Source: Balamuthia mandrillaris
Taxonomy: Eukaryota
Direction of reading: 5' to 3'
DNA: 64,000 nt
Assembly: GCA_031835245.2 (NCBI GenBank)
Contig: JAVKOQ020000010.1
Span: forward strand, 248,001 to 312,000
The first letter of the stretch is position 1, and every line of letters begins with the position of its first letter. The position numbers and the translations under genes were made by a program. Shown piece by piece: positions 25,601 to 41,102 of the stretch. The notes below the pieces were generated by a model. That model was not told where the DNA came from, did not search any database, and saw only the letters and a program-made list of their open reading frames with translations.

Positions 25601-27205
25601 GAGGAGAAGAAGCCACTGCTCTGGGCGATGGTAATGGCGCTCCATCAACAGGTGAGTCTGAGATACCTTGGCTGTCCCCATCAAGACCAGATGCATCATC
25701 CAATGACGATGTAACCAATGGAGGGATGAAGGCGGATGTACTTGTGAGGAACGAAGCATTGGTACAAAGAGCAAAGGCTCGCAGCAATGCAGCATAACTC
25801 TTGTTGCTAAACGGATCCAAACCACAAGCTGTGCAGCTGTACAACTGTACATCCACAACGACGTGAGAGGCATGCGGGTGGCCTACCGTCAGCAAGCCCT
25901 CTGTATCCAGCACCAACGCGTCGGTATAAGCCAACTGGGCCACCGCTACAGGATCCTTTGGGAATATCCACTTTCGAGTGAGGGTCTTCAGGACCGCTTT
26001 GCTGGCTTTCTCTGTCTTGTCCATGTTATTTCTCCGTCGAGGGACTTGCAATAGGCCTTGTACCATTTGTGCAAACTCAGTGGTGTTGCCTGTGGCGATG
26101 ACGATGCCTGCTGCCTCTCCCTCGCAGACAGTGCTGCTAGTTAAAGCTAGGTTGCGAGCCGCAAAGACCTCATTGGCCTCCCACGGGGCCTCATGGACTT
26201 TCTCCGATCTAAATTGGGGACTCTTCACGCCGGTCAGATGGTGCATGTCCACACAAAAGTCTTTGCTGCAGTGAGTGATGCGAAAGTCAGCCGGAATCCT
26301 CTCTCCTCGCACCACCTCAACGAGGTCGCCCACCACCAACGACTCTGGTGGTACTTGCAGACGCTCGCCGCCTCTTATGACAGTGGTCGGTCGAAGTGGC
26401 TCTTGTTTCCCTTGAAAGCTGCCATTCAGCGTCGTTAACATAGCAGCACTCAACCAACAAACAACGCCAACAAAGGACAAAAGTATAAGTACCCCATTTC
26501 TTTTCGCTTTTTCTTGGACTTGGGCGGAAGGAACTTGTTGGGACCATATGTCTTCAGTCGTCGCAGCGCCTCCTGTTTGGAAAGTCCTCCTTGCAGGTCC
26601 GTTTCCAGCCTCTGAGCCACTCGTTTCGCCGATGAAGAGGAAGCTGTGTTCCAGTCCAGCCCCCGAACCTGCAGTTCCTCCAACGTGGCAGCAAACTTTG
26701 AGGCAGCAGGTGGGCGAGGAGGAGCTGTTGCTGGTTGTTCTTGCTCGGGCAAAGTGGCCTGCTCTTCATCTTTAGTAGCACTTGCTAGGGCAAGGTTTTG
26801 TTCTTGGCCATGAACAGAGGGCGTGCTGACAGAGGCCGAGGAAGAGACAGGCAAAGTCTGAGCTCTTTTGAGTGTGGTTTTGGCCTTTCTTGTCTTGGGG
26901 GACTTCTTGCCGCCGCCGCTGCGTTGGCTGCTGCTATTGCCAACTTGACTTGGCGGTGAGCAGGAAGAAGAGAGCGGAGGGCTACCGTCAGCTACCTGCT
27001 GAGTTTGAGTTTGTGGCTCGCCTGCCGCGGCAGAGTTGGCAGCGGCCTGCTGCTGTTGCTGTTTACGTTCTTTCCTTGAGGCAAGTCTTCCTTTGAGGGA
27101 TAACAGGGCGTTGTTGTTATTATTCGTCCCACCGCTGTTGTTGCCACCGTCACCCTTCAGCCTGTCCGCCGTGGATCTGTCTTTGCCAGTGTGCTGCTGC
27201 TGCAT
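22663..27205 (-). CDS. Soluble, degenerate P-type IIC (Na/K-ATPase-like) headpiece protein with no transmembrane helices; introns 26419-26492, 24972-25040, 23787-24101, 23647-23708, 23070-23257, 22731-22845
   Basis: GLSKQEALRRLKTYGPNKFLPPK; LVVGDLVEVVRGERIPADFRI; GE-RVIAFAQ..YPPDYEF; LLGLASCIDRP; ALKLADIGI; AKNNADVILLKDD. Confidence 0.82.
23819..24030. repeat. Intronic (GAGAGG)n purine/pyrimidine tract
   Basis: Seen directly. Confidence 0.9.
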
Positions 27206-27582
27206 TTCTGTGCCATGCCCCACAAAAAAACAAAACAAAAGAACTTCTCTCTTTTCTTCTTCTCCTTCTTGATGCTACTCAGCCACTACTCTTTTTTTTT
27301 TTTGGGTTCTTTTGCTACTCTTTTAGTACTCCCGCACCACACACAGTCTTTCCACCTTTCTCTTCTTTTATTTGTTTTGTTTTATATATGCATATATGGG
27401 TTTGGGTTTTTTTTTCCGTTTGTTTTGAGGGGTTTTTTTTTGTGGCCTAAAAATGGGCAGCCCGACGGGAATTTCCCGGAAATTCTGAAGCCCCGAATAG
27501 GGAATGGCGTAGATCACGAGATTAATATCCTTGTTTGGTAAAGATCTTTCGATGATTCGCGTCGACATGGAAGATGATGACG

Positions 27583-27890
27583 TCACTCCGCAGGCGGTTG
27601 CAGCGCGTGGTGCTCCGGGCGAAGCCACTGGGAGATGATGTTTTGGACAATGTCGTTCAGCGTGGCGCGCACCTGCTCCTTCTCGGTTGGAGAGCCGTTC
27701 AGCTCGACGTAGTACTTGAGCTTGGGTTCGGTGCCGCTGCCGCGGAGGGTGGCCACGCACCCGTTCTCAAAGTAAAAGGTGATCATGTGGGTGGATGAAG
27801 AAACAGGCAACTTGGCTTTGTGGTCTTCCTGACTACTATCATATCCTGTTTCATGTTACAATTCAGCACGAATGTATGGAGAGAGAGGGA

Positions 27891-27932
<42 letters not shown>

Positions 27933-29079
27933 CCAGTAGTAAGATCCCGAATGTGTTTGATTTTGTATGGCCCACAGCTCTCGCTGTACTTTCCTGGTAA
28001 CAAATAAATATTGAATTAAGCAAAGCAGGAGAGAGAGCGAGAAAGAACGAGAGAGAGCGAGAGAGCGAGAGAAACCATCGTTGCGAATATCACGAAAGAT
28101 AGTGTCCATCGTGACCGGATTGTAACAGAAAAAGTATGAGTTCTGAGTGGCAAAATAGCCATACTTCTCATAAAGCAGGTTCAGCTGCTGGAGACATGTC
28201 CTGCTGTAATGCGTTCTCAAGAAGTTTGCCATCTCAGCAAAGACAGCGGCCGCTCGCACGCCATCTTTATCCAGGCATAAATTGCCAACCATGTATCCGA
28301 TGGCCTCCTCGAAGGCAAACAAAAAGTGTTTGCCCTGGTTAGTGTAGGCCTCAGCAAGGTTACCCAACCACTTAAAGCCTGTCAAGGTTTCCTCGTAGAT
28401 CAGGCCCTCTTTGACAGCCATTGCTGCCAACATTTTGGAGGACACAGTTGTGTTTAGCATCACACATAGTTCTTTTGCGTCAAGCATAAATGTTAGTTGT
28501 GAGTAACAATCCACAGATAATTGAGACTGAAGAAGAGGGAAGAGAGACTAGGAGAGATAAACGAGAAAACATAAGGATAGAATGGCACCTGCAGGAACGT
28601 CTGGATGGCGTTTGTGGAATTCTTGCCACACCCAATGAGCAAGCAAAATGCCAATCTGGTTGCCATTAAAGATGGTCCAGCTGTCCTCGTTCTTCTCGGC
28701 AATAGCCAATCGGTCAGAGTCAGGATCGTTGGCAATGATGAGAGAGGCTCCAGCAGAGTCGGCTGTCTCCATGGCTAGTTTCAGAGCACCTTTGCCTTCC
28801 TGTTTTATTCACACAAGGTAACAATGAACCAACAAAACCTTCGTTATACTTTGCTAATAAACTGAATAACGATACTGAATTACCTCTGGATTAGGGAAAG
28901 CAACAGTGGGAAAGTCGGGATCGGGTTCAATCTGTTGTGGAACAGCAATGTAGGGAGGCAGTCCAAAGGCTTCCAAAGCCTTCGCCACCCACTCCTTGCC
29001 CACTCCGTGCATCGGCGTGAATACAATCTTCATATCAGATTTCTCGTTCTCTTCCCTGTAATTTCAAAAAAATGAGAAA

Positions 29080-29137
<58 letters not shown>

Positions 29138-30027
29138 GTGTACCGATGATAACAATAGTTCTCCGCAATGCTGCGATAGTATTGCTGGACAACCTCATCG
29201 GTGGGATCGATCAGAGTACCCTGATCCTTAGCAGCCTTGAACAAGGCAGTTCTCTGTTCATCCTCATAGAGACCTTCCCAAGGAGCGAGGTTATTCTCGA
29301 TGGCAGCAGCGATGCCTTTGTCGTGCGGAGAGACGATCTGGCAGCCGTTCTTCCAGTAGACCTTATAGCCGTTGTCATCTTTGGGGTTGTGAGAGGCGGT
29401 GACCATGATGCCAGCGCACGCTCCCTTCAGCGTAACGGCATAGGGCACAAAAGGAGTGGCCACCACGCCCTGGTCAAAGAGGTAGACTCGCACACCTCTG
29501 GAGAGGAAAGCAGCTGCCGTCAGCTCAGCAAAGAGCTTTGAGTTGTGTCTGTGGTCGCGGCCTACCACCACGCCTTTGGTCTTCAGCTCTTCTCCTTCTA
29601 CTTGTTCTAAGTACTTGCATAATCCCTGTTTTGTGAAGAGAGAGAGAGAGAGAGAGAAGCACAGAGGAGACCAGAAGAGAAGAGCAGTAGAAACAAGAAG
29701 AGAACAGAAACAAAGAGTGAGAAGCTCACGAAGGAAAAAAGCGATAACAGAGCAGAGACAAACCTGAGAGGCTTGGATTACGGTGAGATGGTTCATGTTG
29801 GCAAAGCCAGGGGCCATCCTGCCACGCAGGCCAGCCGTGCCGAAGCTGATCCTGCTCAGGAAGTGGGCCTGCAGCTCCTTGAGGGCACGCTTCTCCTCCT
29901 CGCTGGTGCCTTTCTCGTAGCTGGCCAGCAGGTCCGCCACCTGAGCTCTCGACTGTGGGTGGGTGTCCCATTCCAGCCACCTCTGGGCCGCCAAGACGGC
30001 CTTGTTGTGAGCCTGTGTGCCTTCCAT
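27583..30027 (-). CDS. PGM2: Phosphoglucomutase-2/phosphopentomutase family (multi-exon)
   Basis: FGTAGLRG; active-site [16 protein letters not shown]; metal loop [25 protein letters not shown]. Confidence 0.93.
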
Positions 30028-30246
30028 AGGGATGCTGTTGCTGTACTCTTTTTTTGCTGCTCTGAAGTCTGTCTTTTCTTTTTTGTCTCATTTTTTCACC
30101 TGATCGATCGATACTGACCAATAGACATTCAAAATGTTGTCGGATGTTTGATATCTTATTGCATGATAACGATCGATCATATTTTGAGCACAGGCCATTG
30201 GTTGTTTGATAATCAGCAAACATGCTCCCGCCTTTGAGCGAAAGGA

Positions 30247-31421
30247 ATGGCCAGCAACAAGAATGACCACCACAACGACAAACCATCTTCTGCTTCTGCT
30301 CACCTCCCAGACCGTCCCGCCAAAGCCATTTTGGCGGGAGCCATCTCCGGCGGCATAGAGGCATGCGCCACGTTTCCGCTGGAATACATCAAGACCATCA
30401 TGCAGGTCGAGCCCCAAAAGTACCTCCATATCCGACAGACGGCCGCTCTGACCTACCAGCAGTACGGGGGCTTTGGTTTCTACCGCGGGATGTCCTCGGT
30501 GCTCTTGTTTGCCGTGCCGCGAACGGCCGTACGCTTCGTCTCGTTTGAGAGCAGCAAGGCGTATTTACAACGGCCTGATGGCAGCATTTCCACACAAGCC
30601 GAACTCTTTTGTGGACTGTTTGCTGGTTTGCTTCTTTTCTACTTTCGTTCATTGTCATTGCGCTTCTTCTCTGTCTTCCTTGTCGTTTCTTTCTTTCTTT
30701 TTCTCTTTCTCGTTTTCACTCTTTCTTTATCCCTGTATAGGAGTGGTGGAAGCTATAACTGTGACCACCAAAATGGAAACCATCAAAGTTAAGCTCATCA
30801 AAGACCAACTCTCCTCTCAACCTCGCTTTCGGCACATCTTCCACGGGGTCGGCTGCATTGTTCGAGAGGAAGGCCTATCTGGTATCTACAAAGCACTCGT
30901 TCCAACCGTTCTCAAGATAGGCATCAACCAAGCTCTTCGCTTCTCCATCTTCAACGAGCTCAAACGAAAGATTCTCAATAATGACGCAACAGTGAAGATA
31001 AAAGAAGGCGAAAGCGACACAGGAGAAAGAGAGGAAGAAATGAGGAAGACACCGAAAAGACTGGGAGTGGTTCCTTCGTTGTTGGTTGGTGGATTTGCAG
31101 GCAGCGTAAGCGTGTTTGTCACGGCTCCATTGGATGTGGTAAAGACAAAGATGCAAGGCTTGCCTGGAAGAGGTTTGGCTTTCTCGTTCTCTTTTTCATC
31201 CCAATTCTTTTAACTTGAGATACACAAAAAAAGGAGTAAGAACTTTGGTGGGGAGTCAAACGACATCCATGCAATTGGCCAAGGCCATTTGGAAGGAGGA
31301 AGGCTTTCTTGGATTCTACAGAGGTGTATCACCTCGGCTGATCCGCGTGTGCTTGGAGGTGGCCTTGATCATGACCATCTACGAGCAGGTGGCCAAAGCA
31401 TTGGATACCGTATTGCCATAA
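30247..31421 (+). CDS. Mitochondrial tricarboxylate (citrate) carrier, SLC25A1/CTP1-like; two introns
   Basis: GGIEACATFPLEYIKT, METIKVKLIKDQ, NQALRF, PLDVVKTKMQGL, PRLIRVCL. Confidence 0.88.
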
Positions 31422-31462
31422 CGATAGACATACCATATATTTTTTCTCCACCTAAATTTCGT

Positions 31463-31531
31463 GTCGACATGAAATTACCTTCCATGTCGACATACATACA
31501 ATCACGTCGACATGTAAAATTTCACGTCGAC
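31463..31531. promoter_or_regulatory. Cluster of four GTCGAC palindromes upstream of the TMEM50 gene (candidate promoter element)
   Basis: GTCGAC at 31463, 31486, 31506 and 31526, within 135 bp of ATG 31596. Confidence 0.5.
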
Positions 31532-31595
31532 GTGGAGATAAACAGAATAGAAAAAGCGGCAAAGAAAAAGAGAGCGAAAGAAGAAAGAAGAAAAG

Positions 31596-32477
31596 ATGTT
31601 TTGTTTCTTTTGGCGTTGTAACGACGAGAATGCTCTCTGTAACATTGGGAGCTGCGAAATACCTAATAAAACCAGGTTCAGGCATACTGTAGGCTCCCTC
31701 TTTGCTGGCATTTTGGTTCGTCTCATCTTTGGTCTTCATATTCAATCGATTGAATATTTATGATGTTCTCTCTCTCTTTTCTTTCGACAGTTTGCCATTG
31801 GGTGGGCTCTGTGGTTGGATGCTGCACTCATTTCGAACCGTTTGGAGGGTTATCATGCTCCTCCATGGTGGTTCTACTTGCCTGGTCCCTTTGCCACTGT
31901 CATTCTTCTGCTGTACTTTCTCCTCTCTGCTCTCTGCTCTCTGCTCTCTCTGCTCTCTGCTCTCTGCTCTCTGCTCTCTGCTCTCTGCTCTCTGCTCTCT
32001 GCTCTCTGCTCTCTGCTCTCTGCTCTCTGCTCTGCTCTCTTCTCTCCGCTCTCCGCTCTCTCTGCTCTCTGCTCTCTGCTCTCTCTGCTCTCTCTGCTCT
32101 CTCTGCTCTCTCTGCTCTCTGCTCTCTCTGCTCTCTGCTCTCTGCTCCCTGCTCCGTTTCTTTTTGTTGAGTCTTCTAACCTCACTATTCTCCAAAGAAT
32201 GAACATGGTATCGCTGAACGATCTACGACCCTCGTCGCTGCTTTCCTCGGAGGTGAGCGGCCGCGTCAAGGTGTGGCTGTTCTTTGTGGCCTTCCTGGTC
32301 TTTGGCTGCTTGACGATGGCGTTGTGGATGAGCATCGACGAGTACAAAGGCTACACGGACAAGAGCGTGTGGCCTGGCGTGGCCTTGGTCCTCCAATCCG
32401 TCATCATTCTCATCAGCTCTCTGCTCCTCATGGTCGCTCGCGCCCAGAACGAAGAGGAGATGGAGGCTTTTATTTAA
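31596..32477 (+). CDS. TMEM50/Vps68 (UPF0220) family membrane protein; introns 31716-31790, 31913-32197
   Basis: FAGILFAIGWALWLDAA, YLPG, RVKVWLF, WPGVALVLQSVII. Confidence 0.85.
31921..32152. repeat. Intronic (CTCTCTG)n repeat
   Basis: Seen directly. Confidence 0.9.
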
Positions 32478-33038
32478 ACCAAACAGGATGGGAGCGATGT
32501 GATGTGGAAAAAAGGTGTTTTCGGCCTTCTTCCTTTCTTCTATGCGTTTGTTGTTATTTCTTGCCGCTTTATTTTATTTTATTTGTTTTTGTTTTTGGTC
32601 TTTTTGTATGTACATACCTATTCTTGTTCCATTCCCAAACAAAAAAATAATAAATAATAAAAAAAAATAAAAAAATAAAATAAAAAATATGTTGCGGAGA
32701 GGAGAGTGGAAAGGAGAGCGGAGACGAGAGAGCGAAAGCCTCCTGTACATGACGACGTGAATGCGTACGGATTTATGTCGACATATTCCGCGACGACCTG
32801 GTATTTATCCACTCTCCTGTCCGCTCTCCTCTCCACAATCAAAAAACAGAAAGATTGGAGGCGAAGTTCCATCGAAGAAGCAAAGAAAAAAAAAAGAGGA
32901 GTTACTGCTGAACCAACAACAAGACAGAAGTAATGCACCTTCTCTCTTTTTCTTTTTCTTTTCTACGAGTGTCTAACTTTTCGTTTTTTCTTTCCAACAG
33001 AGAGTTCAACCAAACGAAACAAAAAACGCTCACGCACG

Positions 33039-34613
33039 ATGCAAAACGAAGCCTCTTCTTCGAGAGGAAGTGAGAATTTCTCCTCGCAGCTGACGGCCGA
33101 CCCAGCCAACCTCTTTCCCGAAGTGGTGGAGGGGCTCAAGCAGCTCTACACCGACATGGTCAAGCCCGTGGAGCAGCGTTACAAGTTTGACGAGTTCCAC
33201 AGCCCCTCCCTCCGGGACAGCGACTTTGAGGCCCGGCCCATGGTCCTTCTCCTGGGCCAGTACTCCGTCGGCAAGACCTCCTTCATAGAGTACATGCTGA
33301 AGGGCAGGTTCCCTGGGCAGAGGATCGGGCCGGAGCCGACCACGGACCGCTTTGTGGCGGTCATGTTTGGGGAGGAGGAGAGGGTCATCCCGGGAAATGC
33401 CCTCTCGGTGGATGCCAGCAAGCCTTTCACGGCGTTGAATAAGTTTGGGGCCAGTTTCTTGGGCAAGTTTGAGGCTGCTGAGCTTCCCAACCCGTTGTTA
33501 GAGGTTGGTTCGTTGCTGCTGTTATTAGGCTTGTTCTTGTTCTTGTTCTTGTTCTTGTTCTTGTTCTTGTTCTTGTTCTTGTTCTTGTTCTTGTTCTTCT
33601 TCTTCTTCTTGTTCTTGTTCTTGTTCTTGTTCTTCTTCTTCTTCTTGTTCTTGTTCTTGTTCTTGTTCTTGTTCTTGTTCTTGTTCTTGTTCTTGTTCTT
33701 CTTCTTGTTCTTGTTCTTGTTCTTGTTCTTGTTCTTGTTCTTGTTCTTGTTCTTCTTCTTCTTCTTTTTCTTTTGCTTTTGCTTTCCTCAAATACTGAAG
33801 TTGTATCATTGCAGCACTTGACCTTTGTGGACACACCAGGCGTACTCTCAGGAGAGAAGCAACGCATCGGGCGAAGCTACGACTTTGCAGCAGTGACCGA
33901 GTGGTTCGCGGAGCGAGCAGACCTCATCTTGCTCATGTTTGATGCGCACAAGCTGGATATTTCGGATGAGTTCAAGCGGACCATCGAGATGTTGAAAGGA
34001 CAAGATGATAAGATACGCGTCGTGCTTAACAAAGCGGACATGGTGGACGCTCAACAGCTTATGCGAGTGTACGCTTTCTTCACTTTTTAGCTCCTCTCTC
34101 CTCCTTTCTCTTTTCACTCCTCGCTTCTCTCGCTTTACTCACTTTAACGAAAATAAAGATATGGAGCATTGATGTGGTCATTGGGCAAAGTAGTCCTGAC
34201 GCCGGAGGTCATGCGGGTTTACATAGGCTCCTTTTGGGACGAACCACTGCGGTTCACGGAGAACGAGAAGCTGTTTGCCGCCGAACAGACCGACTTGTTG
34301 AAAGATCTGAAGGAGCTGCCGCGTAATTCGGCCATGAGGAAGGTCAACGAGTTTGTGAAGAGAGCTCGTCTTGTCAAAGTTCATGCCTATATCATTTCTC
34401 ATCTGAAAAAGAAAATGCCTGCTTTCTTTGGTATGTTTCCTCGTCTTCGTTTCTCTGTTCTTCATCTCTATCTCTAAAAATGTCTAAACAACAACAGGAA
34501 AGGACTCAAAGAAGAAGGAGCTGATTGAAAACCTATTAAACGAATGTAAGGAGATCAAGCGAATGTACAAATTACCTGCTGGCGATTTCCCCAACATAGA
34601 AAGGTTGGTTGCT

Positions 34614-34652
<39 letters not shown>

Positions 34653-34918
34653 ACTTTATCTCGTTTGTTGCTCTTCACTCACGCAACACAAAAACAAACA
34701 TATTTAAAAATGAAAGAATGAAAGTGCTTTTACAGGATCATAACTTTGATGAGTTTGCAAAGGTTGACCTGAAGCTAATCGGAAAGATTGATGAAGTGCT
34801 ATCTATCCATATTCCGAAACTCATTCAAAAGATTTCACCACAAAAGCACGAAGAAGACCTAAATCCATTCTCACAAGATGATGATGATCCTGTTGATGCG
34901 GATGATGATAAAGGTTGG

Positions 34919-34986
<68 letters not shown>

Positions 34987-35445
34987 GTCGCCTTTATTGT
35001 TTCTTGTTCCTTTCTACTTTCTCCTTTTTTTCTCCTCACTCGGCAGTCATTGCACATTCTCGTCTTTTTACCTAACACAAAACTAAACCTCAACCAAATA
35101 GATGCAAATGGATGGGAGGTTCGTCCCTCGAAGAAACGAGAGTATGACGCTGTCTTCCACTCCCACGAGGTCGTGAACGGCAAAGTGAGCGGAAACGTCA
35201 TCAAAGAAACGCTCATGAAAACGGGCGTTCCCAACGCCGTCCTTCGAAAGATATGGAGTTTGGCGGATATCGACAAAGACGGGAAGTTGGATGCGGAGGA
35301 GTTTGCTGTGGCGATGCATCTTTGCGAGGAGGCTTTGGCCTCGCCGGAACTGGAGGTGCCTACTTCGCTGCAAGAGAGGCTTACTCTGGTTCCTCCTGCC
35401 AAACGACAGCATTTTCATTCTTCCTCCTCCCAACCCACGAAATAG
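33039..35445 (+). CDS. EHD: EH-domain-containing dynamin-like ATPase (EHD/RME-1 family); introns 33504-33814, 34069-34158, 34431-34497, 34604-34716, 34914-35101
   Basis: GQYSVGKT, IGPEPTTDRF, KPF motif, DTPGVLSGEKQR, NKAD; C-terminal EH domain IWSLADIDKDGKLDAEEFAVAMHL. Confidence 0.95.
33530..33770. repeat. Intronic (TTCTTG)n repeat
   Basis: Seen directly. Confidence 0.9.
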
Positions 35446-35604
35446 GTTATGTGGTTATTGTTTTGTTTAGTTAAGTTTGTTCAGTTTGTTGCAACAGAAA
35501 GAGAGGCATGGCTTTAAAAGAGTTTAAATAAAAGTTTAATGGTACTATATGTTCAAGCAAAAGAAAAAATACAAAAAATGAGAGAGCTGAAGCTGAACTT
35601 TCTT

Positions 35605-39467
<3,863 letters not shown>

Positions 39468-41102
39468 CTATGACCACCAAAGTGTAACGTTAACGGCACA
39501 AAAAAGAAAAGACGTAAGCTCAAGCCAACCCCCTCATTATTACCCAACACTTTAAAAAGCCATTCATTCATTTAGCGCATTATAACAACACTGCGTTACA
39601 CCTTTTAAACAAAATCGAGGTTAGGGTTTACCCCGTTAACTAGGGTTTGACAATTATTCGAAATAATTTCGAGTATCTAGGTAACAATTTCCAATAATTT
39701 TATTGATTTGCTTTAAAACGTGAAAATTTCCACAAATTATTCCTTTTTTTCAGGGTGCATCTCGCCCAGCATCATCCAATGTATCTCAGAGTGCGCAAAA
39801 CATGCCAAAAACATGGGAAAGATGATCCGCAGCTCCACTTTCGTTATGCGGAGGGCATTCCAAAACTCGCATAGATCCCAGGGGATAGCAAGGGCACCCA
39901 ACGCCCTCATAAAGACATCCTCCATCCGAAAAACCAGAGGAACGAAAAATGATTATGCCAAAGGAGCACCTGTTTGTCTTTTTTTCCTCCCATTCTCCGC
40001 CTCGTACTCTCGCCTCCTCCTCCCTTACCCTCCGTGTTCCTGCAGTGAAAGTCGCATCACCCGATGTTTCATTTGCGTAGAGTGAGAGAGAGAGTGAGAG
40101 AGAGAGCGAGATGGCGGGTAATATTTACCATTTACAGCCCGATTTTCAACCTGATTTCCGGTAACGCCTCACCAATGGCCTCATCCAAAGTGTTTTCCTC
40201 TCTTTCTTGTTTCAGTTATACATTATTTTTGGTCTGCCAATTGAGGCAAAACCATCCTTTTTCTTTTTTTGGGGGTTAAAGTGGTTGTATACCGTTTTTT
40301 TTTTTCTTTACTTTTCTTTTCTTTTCTTTTCATTCCCATCCATCCATCGTCCATCCCCATCTTCCATCCCTCCATCGAGCCATTTTTTTTTTCTCTGGTG
40401 GTTCGACCTCGTCATTCTTTCTTTTTCTTTTTTTTGCTTCCGTTTCAACCCCATACCCCACCGCCGACTATCTTTTTTTTTTTCTTTTCTTTCATTCGCT
40501 TGGGTTGTGGTGTTGTGTGGTGAAAGAAGAGGGTTACCCCCCCCAAACAAAAATAAGTGGGGTTTGATGACTACGTGGGTGTAACTGGTGTGAAGAACGA
40601 AAAAGAAAACGTAGTCGTTTGTCTTTTTTTTTTTCACTCCTTTCTTCTTTTTTTTTGTTTTTTTACATTTTTTTTGTTGTAAATATTTAGTTTTAGTCTT
40701 TTTGTTTTGTTGAACAAAAAAAAAAAAGAGAAAGAAAGGAAGGAAGGAAACGACACAAGAAGAGACAAACTTTAGGGCAGCAAGCAGAGAGGCATTACAT
40801 AGCTAGCATTACCTGCTACATTTTTTTTTATTTTTTATTTATTTATTTTATTTTTTGGAGGGCGTTCGTTCGTTCCTTTGGCGGCTATCCTCTTTAATTT
40901 GCTGGTATGTTGGCTACATTTTTACTACCTTTTTTTTGTTGGCTTCTTCTTCTTCTTCTTTCTTCTTCCTCTTCCTCCTCCTCTTCCTCTTCTTTTGCTT
41001 TCTTGTTCTTCTTCTTCTTCTTCCTCCTCTGCTGCTGCTGCTACTTCTTTTTCATTCTTCGTTCTATCTATTCTGAATGTTGACAACAGGGGCAACAAAG
41101 CT

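Noticed and set aside
26419..26492. Hydrophobic translations (YLYFCPLLALFVG; SFVGVVCWLSAAML) as TM1-2 of the P-type ATPase
   Set aside because: They lie in two different frames inside a GT-AG interval whose removal restores the reading frame; best read as an intron
39620..39648. Two TAGGGTTT telomere-like/telobox motifs, or a telomerase RNA template
   Set aside because: Only two short matches with no array and no recognisable pseudoknot context
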